A stretch of DNA of 64,000 nt, from positions 62,001-126,000 of the forward strand of contig ADNK01000544.1 of assembly GCA_000320545.1 (NCBI GenBank), given 5' to 3'. The position numbers were made by a program, and so were the translations under genes. Numbering within the stretch: the first letter of the stretch is position 1; each line of letters starts with the position of its first letter. Positions 45,513 to 60,361 of the stretch are shown one piece after another. Below the pieces are notes generated by a model. It worked only from the letters and a program-made list of their open reading frames with translations. It ran no database searches and was not told the origin of the DNA. Origin of the DNA: Bigelowiella natans CCMP2755. Its lineage: Eukaryota; Protista; Cercozoa.

Positions 45513-45672
45513 ATGCACTTTTGATTTGGATCTTGGTCATTAATTGTTCAATGAGACCACATTTATGCAAGGAACGCACAAGGATTTTCATCATCGCATG
45601 CTGTAGGTGCATTGCTGTTCGCTCCTTGCACGTCACTACACGGTGTGCAGATGCGCATTCATCTCACGTGCC

Positions 45673-45717
<45 letters not shown>

Positions 45718-46721
45718 TGTGAGACGGATGCAATGATGCATGAAGTGATCAAATGTTTTCAATGGTCATCCCAATGTGACCATGGTGGCATGCAAACCAG
45801 CGACTATAGCTGCTGCATGCGTCATGACCATGCCCGCCTGCATTTCATTTCCCTACTGTCCGCGTGCATGGCACGCGCGTAGATGAATGCGAGCGCGACT
45901 TAGAACTACCATGGCACATCGCATGCTGTGCGTTAGAGTCTATATGCTACATATAACCGTGTATGCGCGTGCAACACACATGCACTAATGTTTTCATGTG
46001 TGTCTTTTTTGTGTACATCTTAGCTTTCATTATTACACATGTACCACTGATCTATATACTACATTTTGTCCTTGACGAATGTGAATGGTTAGAGCCTAGA
46101 GGCTACAACGTGCATTCAGCATGCTAGCATGCGGTTTTCGAACTGGCACAATGACGCATCGTGTCAACATCAATGCTCAGACGCTACTAGACTAGCTAAC
46201 AAGAAAATGCGTCACAAAGGTGTAGACATTTGCGCACAACGTCTGAATGTCCGATCCACATGAGCACAATGTCGTGTTCATGGTCGATCATGCACGCAGC
46301 AACAAACATGCATAGATTTCTGCGCGCCTGATCGAATGCGGACTTTAGAATTTAGATGTAGCTCTTATCTGTGATGAATTGTGCTAGGTGCGTGTGATGA
46401 GGACAACGATTCCAGTCTCCTGCAACCTACTTTTACAGATCATGTGACTGCATGGTGTGTTACAAATTTGCACAAATATTTGTAGCTCTTGGCGAGCACG
46501 CTATGCACTGCATGTGCGTTAGGTGTAATCGATGCGATGCTTTCGCTTATTGACGTGTCAGCTATAAATAGCATTACTCAAAGCATGACTCGTTGAGTTT
46601 GCGTACTTTACTTTATCTATCCGTAGATTTCATAAAATTCTTATGGCTATTACTTATGCACGCTGTACAGATGCACATTGTAAGAACATTTGTAAAGCAT
46701 CACCGGAACATAGCACTCTTA

Positions 46722-47437
46722 TTAGGAAATTGGATCATCCCAAACACTTATTGAGTTCTTTGACAGCGTATAGAGCTTTCCACCATTATATGCTATGTCG
46801 AGAAGCTCATCCCCATCGCACCCAAATAGCTTCCGTTGCTGGTAACTTTCCTCGTAGTTCGGGGGCCCTACCTTCCAAATCAAAATCCCATCATCAGCTA
46901 TGCAGTAAACTTTGTCACCGACCAGTATCATTTTTCGCAGGTACGATGGCGACATGCCCAACAATTTGTAGTCACTCGACTTAATTCTCGCGCTACGAGC
47001 GTACCTATAAGAACATCAACAACGATAAATAGTAATAATGACAGCAGTGACAAAAGAACGGTGAGAAAAATAAGCAGCAAGAAATCGGAGGTGAACGAAG
47101 AAAACCGTCTGTGCGTACGTACATAGTGGATAATACAAGTATGAGCGAATAGCTGCCGATTCACTATGATTTTGCCGGGATGGGGACAACTTATATTCTA
47201 CAAAAAAACACCATTCGTGGCACGAAGGAAAGCTGAAAAGATGACAGTACATGACAACGAATTAGTGAGTCCACTGATATATCATATACATTTCTCTTGT
47301 CTTTGTCTGTGGTTTGATGGGCGTTGTGACGATTATCGACTTGGCAGAGGGGACCTCCTTAACCTCGGCCTTACACACGGCGTGAATATGACACGTTGAT
47401 GTTAGCTTCTTGGGGATGAAATGATGGCTGCCTTTGG

Positions 47438-47469
<32 letters not shown>

Positions 47470-47542
47470 TCACCATGGTTGTGATCTACAACCATAGCTC
47501 TTATCGGTACCCCTGAAAATCATCATCATCATCGCATTATCA

Positions 47543-47575
<33 letters not shown>

Positions 47576-48290
47576 ACATCATCATTATCATCATCGTCTT
47601 CGTTGATGATGCAGATCTGAAGATTGTGTACTTATAAAGCTGAGAAGCTTTGTTGTCATATATCGTTTCAAGCATACTCTTAGATGCTCTTCTTCATGAG
47701 TCGTGGACGCAACCAAATTTTCCAATAGCCAATAGCGACATCACTATCATCATCATTTCCCCGCCTCTTGCCACTATTTCTCCTCCCCGTCCTACTACAA
47801 GCAGTAGTACCTATGATTTGGTGATGATGAAGTTCCGTGTTTGTAGATTTCTCATCCATGCGGATGACAAGAATAGAGCCGTTTCGAGTTGCGACGGCTA
47901 CGAGGTCCTTGGCCACCTGATGTAGTAGTTAGTAACAAACTTGAGCATGCTATTTATGATTGTTGGCAGCATGCATACAAGACGATAATCAAATTCGTTA
48001 AGGCCTGTTATAAGGCTACTCATGTGACTGCTCAATATTGCTGCTGGTGCTGTTTTCGCACTCACTTCTAAAACATTGTGATGAACCACTTCCAGCTTGA
48101 ATGATAACAATGACACTACTGCTTCTTCTTCTTCTTCTTCTACTACTATTATTACGACGACTACTACCATTTTGATGTCTGTAATGATGTCTTCCTCACT
48201 GTCTAGTCCAGCAGTAACGGAGTGCTTTACGAGCTCTTTCCCCGTACTCTTCTTGTGTACCGAGAGTATAGATCTACCAAAGCAACAATA

Positions 48291-48322
<32 letters not shown>

Positions 48323-49693
48323 AATGGTGATGAGGTTAAGTAGCAATTAACACATAAAAACACGCCCACCTCCACCGTAGTAATAATATGTATGCATCAT
48401 CCTTATCCACCACCGCGCACGCGCGCGCGCGCACACACACACACACACACTTTTATACCTGCTGGAGCACACAACCCTGCATTTTCCCATGAAACTTGGT
48501 GCAAGATGTGAGACAGGCTGGGTGAAGGGACGAAACGATTTCAGCTGTGTAAAGACCTTGTCTTTGATGTTGATCGTGGAGATGAGCCCATCTTGAAAGC
48601 CTATGGCTAGGACTGGTTGATCTCCTCCCATTTGTGCCATAGCACTCACGCCGACACTTTCACCAGATGGATGAATAGCAAGCACTGAAGGGTTATCATC
48701 CTCCTCCCCATCCTCCTCTTGACTACTACTACTACCATCCTTTTTCCTTCTCCGCCTTTCTTCTCCGCCGCCTCCTCCTCCTTTGTTGCTGTTGCGACTT
48801 GAAGACCATGTGAGGAGGCACCCTGCACTAGTTCCAGCAGCAATCTTGGAAGCATTGCAGTTGAACAGGGCGCAAAAGCATGATATCTTATGCTCATCAG
48901 CATCGAAGTATAACTTATCTTTCCTCCGTAGAGCTCCATCTACAACTTCCTCAGGAATGTCATACCGCTTCATTATCGTCGTTGTTGATGGCACCTTGTT
49001 GTTCTCCCTCTTCTTTGGTATTAACACCTTACTACTACTACCATTATTACTGCTATTTTCTTCTTCTGGCAAAGCGTCTCTTTCTTTCTCATCTCCATTT
49101 CTTTCAACTCCTTCTCCCCCCCCTGCTCTGTTCGCCCCACCGTTGCCAACATCATCGTTCTCGGCTTTCTCTCCATCGTAGCTACTATCTTGCAGCGCAG
49201 AGAACGGGAATTTTGCCTTTAAGGCAGCACCAGTAGCACCACCATCATCATCTTCAGCTCTCAATTCAACCACAGCCATCTTTATCTTTCCCCTCGTCGC
49301 AACACGGGCGATGCAGCCCGATTCGCCTATGAAGCGCTTGTTTTTCTGGCTACCGCTAACGATGACGACCTTTTGCCCCTTAGAGAACGTCACAAATTTG
49401 TCTGCTCGAGCAGCATCGATGCCGTAGTCAGCTGCAAGTCCAACATCGCCTGATGATGATGAAGATGACGAGATTTGATCACAGTCAATCATGATGTAAC
49501 TAACGTGGAATCTCCTCTCCCTCTTTAACTACTACTTACTACTGTTGGTGGTGAAATCCACCCTACCTACCTATCTATCTACCTACCTTTGAGGTCCCAC
49601 AGGTCATCCGCCATCCATTCTTCAAATTGCTCAACTAAATCGTCTGGCACCATGGCGTCGTAGTGTACCTTTTTATTTTCATCATCATTATTC

Positions 49694-49729
<36 letters not shown>

Positions 49730-52700
49730 GTGCTATGGTATAAGAAGAAGATTGGCAGCTCTGAATTTAATATGCAAAAACCGATGATTGATAACCAACC
49801 GAATAGTAGCTGTGTCGCAACAAAGAGAAGGCAGTCATCATTATCACCGGAAGAAAAAATATAGGAAGACAAAAGAAGGAAAGAAGAAGAAAAAGAAGGG
49901 GAGAAACCGATAATGGAGTGTCATCATCATCATCATCCTCATACCAAAATACAACCTTTTTGCCATCGTGAGTTAAATAGCCGTATTCATGAACAAGCCA
50001 TGCCTTCGTGATATCATCTTCTGGCGTGTTTCGAGGAAGAAGAGCTTTGATCTTGTCGCGTTTTCTCTCGTCCAAGAGTAGACCTTTCCTCAGAGTAGCA
50101 GTGTATGATGGTGCTGTATTACTATTATCGTCACCACTCCTTGTGCTGCCACCATCACCGCCTTTGGTAGGCTCGTAATGTATTGTTGTAGGAGCCATAA
50201 CAACGTGGGTACTACTTGATGATACTGCACGATGATGATGATGGTGATGATTATGATGATGGTCACACAACAACAACAGCACACAACAGCACACAACAGC
50301 ACACAATAACAACAACAGCAACAAGAAGCAAAATCAGAAGCATCAATCAGGACGACGACGATGACGATGATCACCGCTTTGTTAGATAAGATGAGAGAAG
50401 AATATACTATGAATACAATTATTATCGTCAACAAGTCAAGATTAAGAAAAGAGAAGCTTGTGCCGTCGTGAATTGTTTGGAATAGAATAAGAAGAGGGAG
50501 GAGTACACCGAATCAACACACATACACACACACAACACAGCCACACAAACGTGGGGGGGGGGGAAGGAGGAGAATGAAAGAGAAGGAAATTCATGTGGAG
50601 GTCGGATTACGTCTATTTCGTGGTTCCGACCCTGGATCTCCCCTGGTCGGTTTGAGAATCTCGCTCCCCTCCCCCCTTTCCAGCTCCCGCATTACAAGCA
50701 GATAACTCCTCCCCCTCCAGCTCCTCCGCATTGGGGGGGGGGGGGGAGAGAGAGAGGAGGGCAGTGAGTGTGAAAATTGATGTTGTTATTCTATTAGGTA
50801 AGATAGAATTCCAAAGGAACATCACACAACCATCACCATCATCATCATCACAGAAAAATCCTATTATGTTGTAGAAACGCTGCAAAAGCACGCATAAACT
50901 GCACATTATGAAGGAGAAGGAAAGGATGTTAGACACAGGGTTGCTCACTACTTACATTGTAGCATCAGTGGTTACTATCTCCCCACCGCCGTCTGCCTGT
51001 TTTTTGCTTCTATTTTTCTTCTTCCCCCCTCCTATCCTCGGCCCACCTTTGACTATATAATTGCTGTCGTATTCACCAGACCGAAGAACTTTGTTTTCAT
51101 CATCGTCCACATCAGCATTATCATTCGGTTGTGCTCTCCATTCCTTATCGTCATCATCCTGGTCATCATCAGAGAATCTACTGCGACTCTCCATTCGTAT
51201 CATCATCCCTTTTCCATCGGAGGATACCCGTGCCTGAAATGATGATGTCGATGATGTCGATGATATGATGATGATGATTATGATGATGGTGGTGGGCAAT
51301 CAGAACGCTATCAATAAATCGATCCGTACAAACGTGTGACTACCTTTAAATCATCATTTCTTTTGGTAAATTTAGCAGCTTTACTTGTTGCAGATGTTGG
51401 CTTGGGATTATCATATTGAACGCGATTGTTCTCCGTCAGTTCTATTCCTAAAGATGTCGGTGATATAATGATGATGAGAATGATGAGAATGATGATGCAA
51501 TACAAGCACTCACTCATCACGAGATCCAAGGACATAAAGAGGCCCCCTTTTTTATCATCTCTACTACTGCTGCAGCAGCTGATGGTGCTGCTGCTGATAA
51601 CGATGATGATAATGATGACAATACCGTCCTTTGATGATGCGATCGCCCCTTCTACTACAACCATTACTACTACTACTACTACCACTACTACTACTTTTAC
51701 TACTACTACTTTTACTACTACTACTACTACCGTATGAAGATCCAAATTCAACACCGATTCTAGCCATCTTCCACCAATGTTCCATTGTCATGAAGTTGCG
51801 GAGGAATATTTCACTCTTCTCATTCTCCTCCTCCGTTTCGTCGAGGGGTGGCTGCAGGAGTGAGTCGATGATATCCTTATCTAAATGGTGCATGCAGTAC
51901 CCGAAATAGTGCAAAACCCACTCTTTCTCTTGCAAGTAACACGCCTTGAATGATAAGAGAAAGCAGTCGCGACTAGTCAACTTAAAGGTGGGGATGATTA
52001 CGGTGATGATGACGATGGTGATGATACGGATGGCTATGGTGATAAGTCGAAGCAATTAATAATAATGTCTTTGGTCAGTTGTCAAAGATCAGAAGAACAC
52101 TATGAGAAAGCAATCATGTGTATTGAAACCTACCTCATGCCCATTCACGACTTAGCAATAATTGCATACGATAAATAATTGTTTTTTCCTTTTTCTTTTT
52201 CTTTTTTTCCTCTTCTGCTGCTTCTATATTTACTACCACTACTACACTCATCCTACCGCTCTATAGATGTCGTCGTTTAGTAGTAACCCTTCGGGAACAA
52301 CGCAGCTGTTACCAAATGTTGTTATTGTTATTGTTATTGTTGTTGTTGTTGTTGTTGTTGTTATGTATTATTCTGATTCAGATTATTGCATATGATAGCT
52401 TACGCATTGTTAACAGAATCAAACGTAGACACAGGATATCACATCATCGCAAACAATACATTATTGGATCATAGGAAGTAGTAGTACTCGAATAAGAGAA
52501 CAGCAAAGAAAATGGCTTTGTTAGGACGTGCACGCACATAAGAAGCTGCTCTAAGATGGCATGGAAAGCAGTGGCAATACTGCTGCTACTACTACTACTA
52601 CTACTACTGCTACTACCTGACCGTCTGAGAGTTCCCTACCATAATCTTTATCTTAATTCTACTATGCACGATGTGTGTGTAGTGAGTACGGCGCAGGACA

Positions 52701-52884
52701 GAGCGACGTTGCTGGTCAGAAAGCGTAACATTTCTTAAGTAGCGAGTGGATTTATCCCTGGAAGTCTCCTGCACCCATCCTTTGCTACACTGCAACCATC
52801 GTCCGTTTGGAGGGCCAATCACATGAATCATGTCCTTGTGATGGTACCTAGAATGGCAATGACCACGACGATAACAACGATGAC

Positions 52885-52915
<31 letters not shown>

Positions 52916-53544
52916 AGAACAAGGAAACGATAACAACATTTATCATTCATGATGCTGCTGTTGCTTTTGCAGCTGAAAATAACTTGAAGTTCTTGAAGCT
53001 GTTATGGTTGTTACTATTACTATCTATACAATATAGTAGTTGTCACTCAAATTTTTAGTGACAACTCTTTCTCTTATATTAGAGGGGATACATATATATA
53101 TATATATATATATATATTAATATTTATACGCATTATATAATCGTATGTAGCTGCTACTTACATATCAAGACGCTTTCTTGCAGATTTCTTCTTCGTTGAG
53201 TAGACAATAACACCCTTTGGATGGATCACTTGCATCACTGCCACAGTGTTTGATGATGATGACGACGACTGTCCCGCTGCTGCAAAAAGCCTAGTGCTGA
53301 TGATTCTATCCTTCTCCCCATTCGTTAGTGCGCGCGTGTACTTTCGCTGCTTTGTGCCTTCTGGAAGCTTTACCTCACCTAAGACCGAGTCGCTCCAGCA
53401 TGCTCTCCTTAGAGCCTGTAGCGGCAAAAATATATACATAGCGAAGTTACTTTTCAGTCCTTCGTGAAAATAATTGATTTCATAATGATGATGATGATGA
53501 TGATGATGATGATAATGATGATGATAATTAGATAGCCTTTACAC

Positions 53545-53580
<36 letters not shown>

Positions 53581-53591
53581 ATATTTTACAT

Positions 53592-53628
<37 letters not shown>

Positions 53629-55768
53629 AGATACAGACATAGCAGCAGCAGAAGCAGCAAATACCCCTTCAACTGCTACTACCTACCTCTTTGCTAAAGC
53701 GTGCAGAGTAGTCAAAGAGCGTCGTGACGGGGGGAAGTGCTTGTCCTCCTCCCCCCTTCTTTGTTGTCGTCGTCAAACCGTACATTTCCATGAGATCAGG
53801 GCCTTTGATGCCCTTCTTCCTCCACACATGCACGGATAAATGCCTATGTTATGCGATGATTTACGACACAACGACGACGACGACGCAATGAATGGAATCA
53901 TGATATATGATGATAAGGTTTTTGAAGCTTCCCATCTACCCCTCCTCCCCCAGGAGCGAGACAACAACAACAACAACAACAACAGCAGCAGCAGCATCAT
54001 CACATCGTCGTACAGCACTACTTGTTGTTGTATCAGCATCATCATCATTATCATCCAGTACATACCTCCCGAGGGCCTGCCTTACACTCTGCGAGAACAC
54101 TCCATCTGCCACGGTCTGAAGATGTTTGATGTGGTAAGGAATTGCCTCCGATGTTTGTGTAGAGTAGAACAAGACAGAATAAGCATACAATACATGCATT
54201 TATTATTATTATTATTATCATTATTATTATTATTATTATGGATAACCTTTGTTGTGTTGTGTGTGAGATACAGCCATTCATGACAAAGCCACTGTTTCTC
54301 CGATATTGGCGGGTATGCTTCAAGGCCCAGAAACTCATCTGTGAGCAGAAAGCCTTTGGGAATGGACACCTTGTCTTTTAGGGTGAGACTGAGATTCTTG
54401 GTAAGAACGTGGGAATAAGCATTCTTATGTTCCCTCATGCCTCGCTCGATGTTGCGGATTCTGAGCCTCTCGCTCCTGTGGGAGGGATGGTTGTGAGGAC
54501 TTAGATTCGGAATGAAGGAGGAGAGAACAAAGATACCACCTCATTTTTAATGTAATCATAGACTAATTTCCCCTTCTAATACAAAGACGAGATCATACTT
54601 TATTTTGTTTAGGCATTGCATCTCTCCTCCTCCTCCTTCATCATCATCATCATCATCTTCTTCTTCTTCCTCTTCTCCACCTCATCTCCTCACTCACCTG
54701 GTCAATTGCCTCACATATTTGAGAGTGACATGCTGCGACCCCCCCCCTCCTCCTTGTTTGCTGCTGTTTAAAATTGCGGCAGCTGCTTGTTTCCTCTTGG
54801 CATCGTCCTTATTGCTTTCGTATATGGAAAGATTAGCCGATCGACTCACCACAGGGAACATGTAAAGTGCATTCGCCACGATATATGACGACGATGGCGA
54901 CGATGGCGATGATGATGATGATTTGGGTGTTCTCCTCAGACGGGGGCTGCTGCTAGAGAAGGCTGGATCATCGTCGTAGCATTCATTGCTGCCTCCTGCG
55001 ATTTCACAATCAATGCCCAGTGATGCTTTATTATAATATCATTTTGTGATGATGATGATGATGATGGTGATGTTGTTGTTTGCGCGAGAAGATGTCAAAG
55101 TTAGGGCAAGGATGATCTGATTTGCTGCTGCTGCTGCTGCTGGGATATGAAGGTGGGTTGCATGATGATAGAGCAACACCTGATTGTTCCTCCTTTCCCT
55201 CTTCTTCTTCTTCTTCTTCCTTCTCCTCACCCTCCCCACCTCCACATCGACTAATTCTCTTGAAGAACAGAAGTGCCTTGAGTACATCACGAGCAAGTAG
55301 CATGAGAGGCGTTTGGATTTGATGCTTGCTGATGGTGGTGGCTGCTCCAAGGCCTCCTCCTTTCACTGATACTAATTTCGGTTGAAGAATCTGAAGAAGT
55401 GAAAAGCGGGAGGTGAGAGCAATGAAGATATAGAACATATACATTTTGCAGCAGCAGCAGCTGTAGCAGCGATTCTGATGATGAAACAATATGTAGTCCG
55501 AACTACTTCTTTTGATTGTTTATCTACTACTAGAGGCACACCTTCAGACATGCTGAGATGAGCGTGTTACCGGATACATTACAGGCCATTTCAGCACCAC
55601 CGCTCTCAATGAACGAGGTTTGCTTCAACTAAGAAGAGACAGATCACCGTCAGCTTACTCGGTGAAAGTATTGCATAGTAGGAACGTCAAAGGGAGGATG
55701 TTTGCATGGAGAACTAATGTTAAGTAAAGGAGACTATCCCATCTCTCCAAATGATGCGACAATGATGG

Positions 55769-55802
<34 letters not shown>

Positions 55803-56033
55803 ACTTATCCTCAATATTGACCATGGAAATCAGAAATTATGATTGCTTCGACTATGTTTTCGGTAAGTACGGGGCTGTTAAGGAAACACAGGCATACCCC
55901 CCCTTTAAATTATTAAATTAATAAATAGAATCCTACTACCTTCAAGGTGAAGAGATCAGTAGCCGTGAGGAAATGGGCAAAGTGTGGGACAATCATGTTG
56001 CTCTTGAACATCTTGTGGTATCTTATTGAGTTG

Positions 56034-56100
<67 letters not shown>

Positions 56101-59100
56101 AAGTAAAGAAATACAACGACAGTCTTTCTTCGGGTGTTTGCGTATTCTTTCCTCATTCGTCATCATCATCGTCATCGTCGTCTCCTTTTCAAAGGGCGAC
56201 GAAACTATTCACTGCTACCACTATTGCCACCATTACTTCTACTACTACTATTGCTGGCTGCCTATGGCCACTTACTCGATGATTACGTGAGAAATGATAA
56301 TCCAAGAAGGTGCTGAATCAAAGCTTCTATCTACTTCCTCTACGTTAACAAGGGCATGATGCGGCTCGCAAAAGTATGCAAAGTCCATCTGGTGACGATA
56401 TAATGGCCTTATATGACCTCGGCACCAAGGCACGTATCCGCCGTTGTTGTCGTTATCATCATCATCATCATCCTATAAATATGAAGTTATAGAACACAGT
56501 GATAAATACGATAAGTGAATGAATAAATAAACAAATGCTTCAATGAATAAATGCGTATACGAATGGCAGGGGTAGTGGTCTCCTTTGTATTATCTAAAGT
56601 AAGTAGCACTGGCACGAGAATGATGATAGTAACTGCTATTTGTTCATGATAAGTCGTGGTATATCTTAAGCATACACTACTGCACCTTCCTTCTGTCGCG
56701 TCTTCTCAAAGTGAGCAGCGGCTTTGCTAGCATCTGCAGAGCATTGAACGTCATTTCGAAAGAGATTTGCTTGCCATGGAGGGCCGGATAAAAGGTGACG
56801 TGAAACTCAACGTCATTATCTGCCGTGTATTCCACCTATTGAGATAAGAGGAGGGGGAGGAGGAGGAACAAAGAGAAAACCACAGTAGCAGCAAACATAA
56901 CATCATGCTTTGATAAACAAGACTTCGGTGTCTAAATCATGTAAAGTATACATCTCATTACTATTATTACTATGTCCCCTGCTTTCGTCTTCGTCAAACA
57001 TCTATCTACAAGAACATATAAAGTAAAATTTATTGACCTGAAGAGAGCCGTTGGCACTACTTCGTAGCTGATGCTGAACCTCCTCGGTGACATCACGCTT
57101 TACACGAGTCTGACCGATGGATGAAACAACCTCTGCTTTGATGATCTCGTGGACATTCGTCAAGATATGCGTGCTATCCAGCGAAAGCACCTACATTGAG
57201 CAGCAAGGAAAAGAACAATAAAATGCTGAGGCTAGCCCTTATCATATGGCATTTGTCCTCCTCCTACCCCCCCCCTCCCCATTCAAGGTCAACCTCAGTG
57301 CTAATTCCTTGATTTTGAATAGAGGGCCCATAGGAAGGTGGGGATGCTCCGTCTGCCTCAAATAAGGGAAACGACGAGTCTAACACGTCAATAGGTGGGT
57401 TGTACGTGAATCTGATAGTGGTAGTAGTAGTAGTAGTAGTAGTAGTAGTAACAGCAGTAAGCAGTATCAGTAAGGATTTGGATCACAATTTATTATTATT
57501 ATCATGATGGCGATGATGATAATAATGGCACGAAGGAAGAAGAAAAACAAGAAAAAGTGAAAGAGAACCTCAGTCGATGCTTTTCGAAGACACGCACATC
57601 AGGCAACCTATAATTACGCAACGACGATGATTGATTGCAGAGACTATTTTCTTCACAGAAGAAGTAGTAGTAGTAGTAGTAGTAGTATTTCAAAGAGTCA
57701 ATGATAATACATACCCTTGCCATGATGAGACTAGCATCCTCAGCGCCTTATGCACAGGATGGAGGTTTTTGTTGATGGTGTACAGTGAAACTCCTCCTGC
57801 CATAAGAAGTTGCTCCAAAGTGGCCTTGCTGTGGATGATTGTGGTAATGCGGGAGGGGAGGGAAGGGAAGAGAAGAAGGGTAACTAGAAATTAAATAAAA
57901 GTCGCACAAACTGTGATTTGGCACTCCTGATTCTCATCATCATCATCATCATCATCATCATCACCATCATCATCTTATACATAACCACACAAATGGTTGG
58001 GTAATAACCTTGTACATATAATTTCTGGCTCTGCGTTATGCTCCTCTTCCCCTCCCTCCACATCACTACCGCTCCGCAATATTATTTCTAAGTCAAACAC
58101 GTTCGTCGGTGCGTCCACCCCCCCCATGTCTTCTGCTGTGTTGCTAAGAAGGAAGCTCCAGGGGATATGGCATTTGAAGCTTGTGCGATCGCGCTTTCCG
58201 TTACGGACTTCGGCGAATATATGAGGAAGCTTTATCATCCCTTTTTCTTCTTCATTATCACTATCGTCATTTGCCTTGGAAAACTACATTAAGGCAATAT
58301 GCACAGGCGATATGCATTAGGGCCTCCCTCCTTCTCTCTCTCTCTCTCTCTCTCTCTTTATATATACATATCTAATATGTGTGTATTTTGGGCACATGTG
58401 TTTTGTAAAACGACTCCTTTAACTCACTGTTGGACACATACCTATCCGACTTTCACTACCGCTATTAATGCTATAGCTACTAGTGCTGCTACAGCAGATG
58501 CCAAGTCAAAAATTTGCAGCACAACCTTCAACTCATACTTGCCCGTTGTGCTTAAATCGAGCACTTCAACGTTCAGAACAAGGAATTCGGAGCTGACACC
58601 TTTAAGTGTACTATTTTGACCTCCCATCCGGAAATACCTGCCACAGGAGATCATATACTTGTTCCTCACAGAAAGATAGGTTAACACTACACACAAACAG
58701 GGAGAGAGGCAGCCAAGGCGTCCATCGGCTTTCCAAGAACATGCGATTCCTATAATCATCCTCGCAACATGCTATTTTCTCTCATATCGTCGTTCATCTA
58801 CGAACCCAGTGCGGTCATCCTCCACATCGTCAGATGGCGCTGAAAATTTGGGGTTTATCATACGAATGTCTTCGGGTTTCACAGTGTGCATAGAACCATC
58901 TTTGAACTGGATCTGATGGTGGATGATGAATGGGACTTCTTAACACATATTTCATAATTTATTTGTCTACTTATTTGTGTAATATTACTATTAATGATTC
59001 GGCTCACAAGTCAGATATTTATTCCCCGAAAGATATGAAGAGTGAAGGAAAGTATATTTTCCTCCTGCCCATATTATGAGCGATGGTTCTTGAGATTCCT

Positions 59101-59400
59101 CTCCTGTCCCTCACACCTTGCTTAACCATAGGGTTAGTTGTTATACCTTGTACAGTTGTTGTTGTTGTTGTTGAGAACTGCTCCCGAAGAAGTTGAAAAG
59201 ACTACCACTCCTAATATTGTGTGCAACCGACGACTAATTTAAACCAGGTTGTTGTGCATACTCTCAAGTGCTATTGTGACTAGGCCCATAGTCGTGAATG
59301 CTCACGACGAGATTGCCATTGTCGTAGAATGTGTTGATAAAGGGGGTGCATATCTGCACAAATTGTGTGAATTTTGCGCATATGTAGATGCTAACATATA

Positions 59401-59480
<80 letters not shown>

Positions 59481-59824
59481 TATAATATGTTTATATATTA
59501 TTGGCATCGATGGAACAATTTGAACCAACCTATACTACATCTAGACATACGCATCACACAGAGAGGAGCATCCACATAGGAGTGTATAATACCCTTGTCC
59601 TTCTTTGCCCTCTTCCACTGTATCAACGACAGCAGCAAAGTAGAACTTTCCATCACTTGGGTGCCGTGCAAGAACCACCTAGGATGATGATCAAATAGGG
59701 GGATTCTGTGAAAATCACGCGAGGAAGCCTAGTTCAATTATAACTCTACCTGATTCTTCTTCGGCTTTTGCTTAGAGTTTACAAGAGCCGTATTTGGCAT
59801 CGTTGGCTGAGTAGCTGCAGACAT
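46722..59824 (-). CDS. Large multi-exon protein of unknown function: N-terminal Tudor-like domain, possible C2-like region, low-complexity middle, C-terminal WD40/beta-propeller; could be more than one gene
   Basis: Tudor-like VVLARHPSDGKFYFAAVV...IQFKDGSMHTVKPEDIR. WD40-like KIAAGTSAGCLLTW, VLAIGFQDGLISTINI, LVAVATRNGSILVI, IADDGILIWK, LYTLSKNSISVWD. The exon chain is consistently on the minus strand with no intergenic-type sequence, but several joins are unresolved. Confidence 0.6.
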
Positions 59825-60361
59825 AGTCAATTACAAAACAGCTTCCGGACATGAAATATGTGTCAACTCTATCCCCAAAAGCAGACTGAATTATACAGCC
59901 CCGTTAATTCTCCAAGCACGTATTATAGCGTGGGAGATAGCCAATAGTATCACCCCCATTGCAACCTTCCCCGACTATTGTTCTCTAGTCTCCCCTCACT
60001 TCCCAACACACATTCTCCTCCCCCAGCCGCAGCATTACCACAACGATGATACTGAAGACTACTTTGATTTCCAACGTCCTTTTCCTGGCCGTTGAGTTCC
60101 AAGAACAACAAAATGGGACCCAATTTTGTGTACTTTTACCCTTTTTCGATTGCTGCAGAGGTAAGTTTGTACGGCGACTCCCTTCGGAAATGCTCCAACA
60201 TCTTCTGAATCCAAAATAGCGACTGTGTTCAAATTCAAAAACGGCATGCAATTCTACACAAAACAAAGCCTTCGTTCTCCTTTTGTGATGTTCTCTCATG
60301 TCTCATGTTCTTGCTGTGTTCGTCCTGGTATTAGCATGAAATAGAAAGAATTGCGACATTT

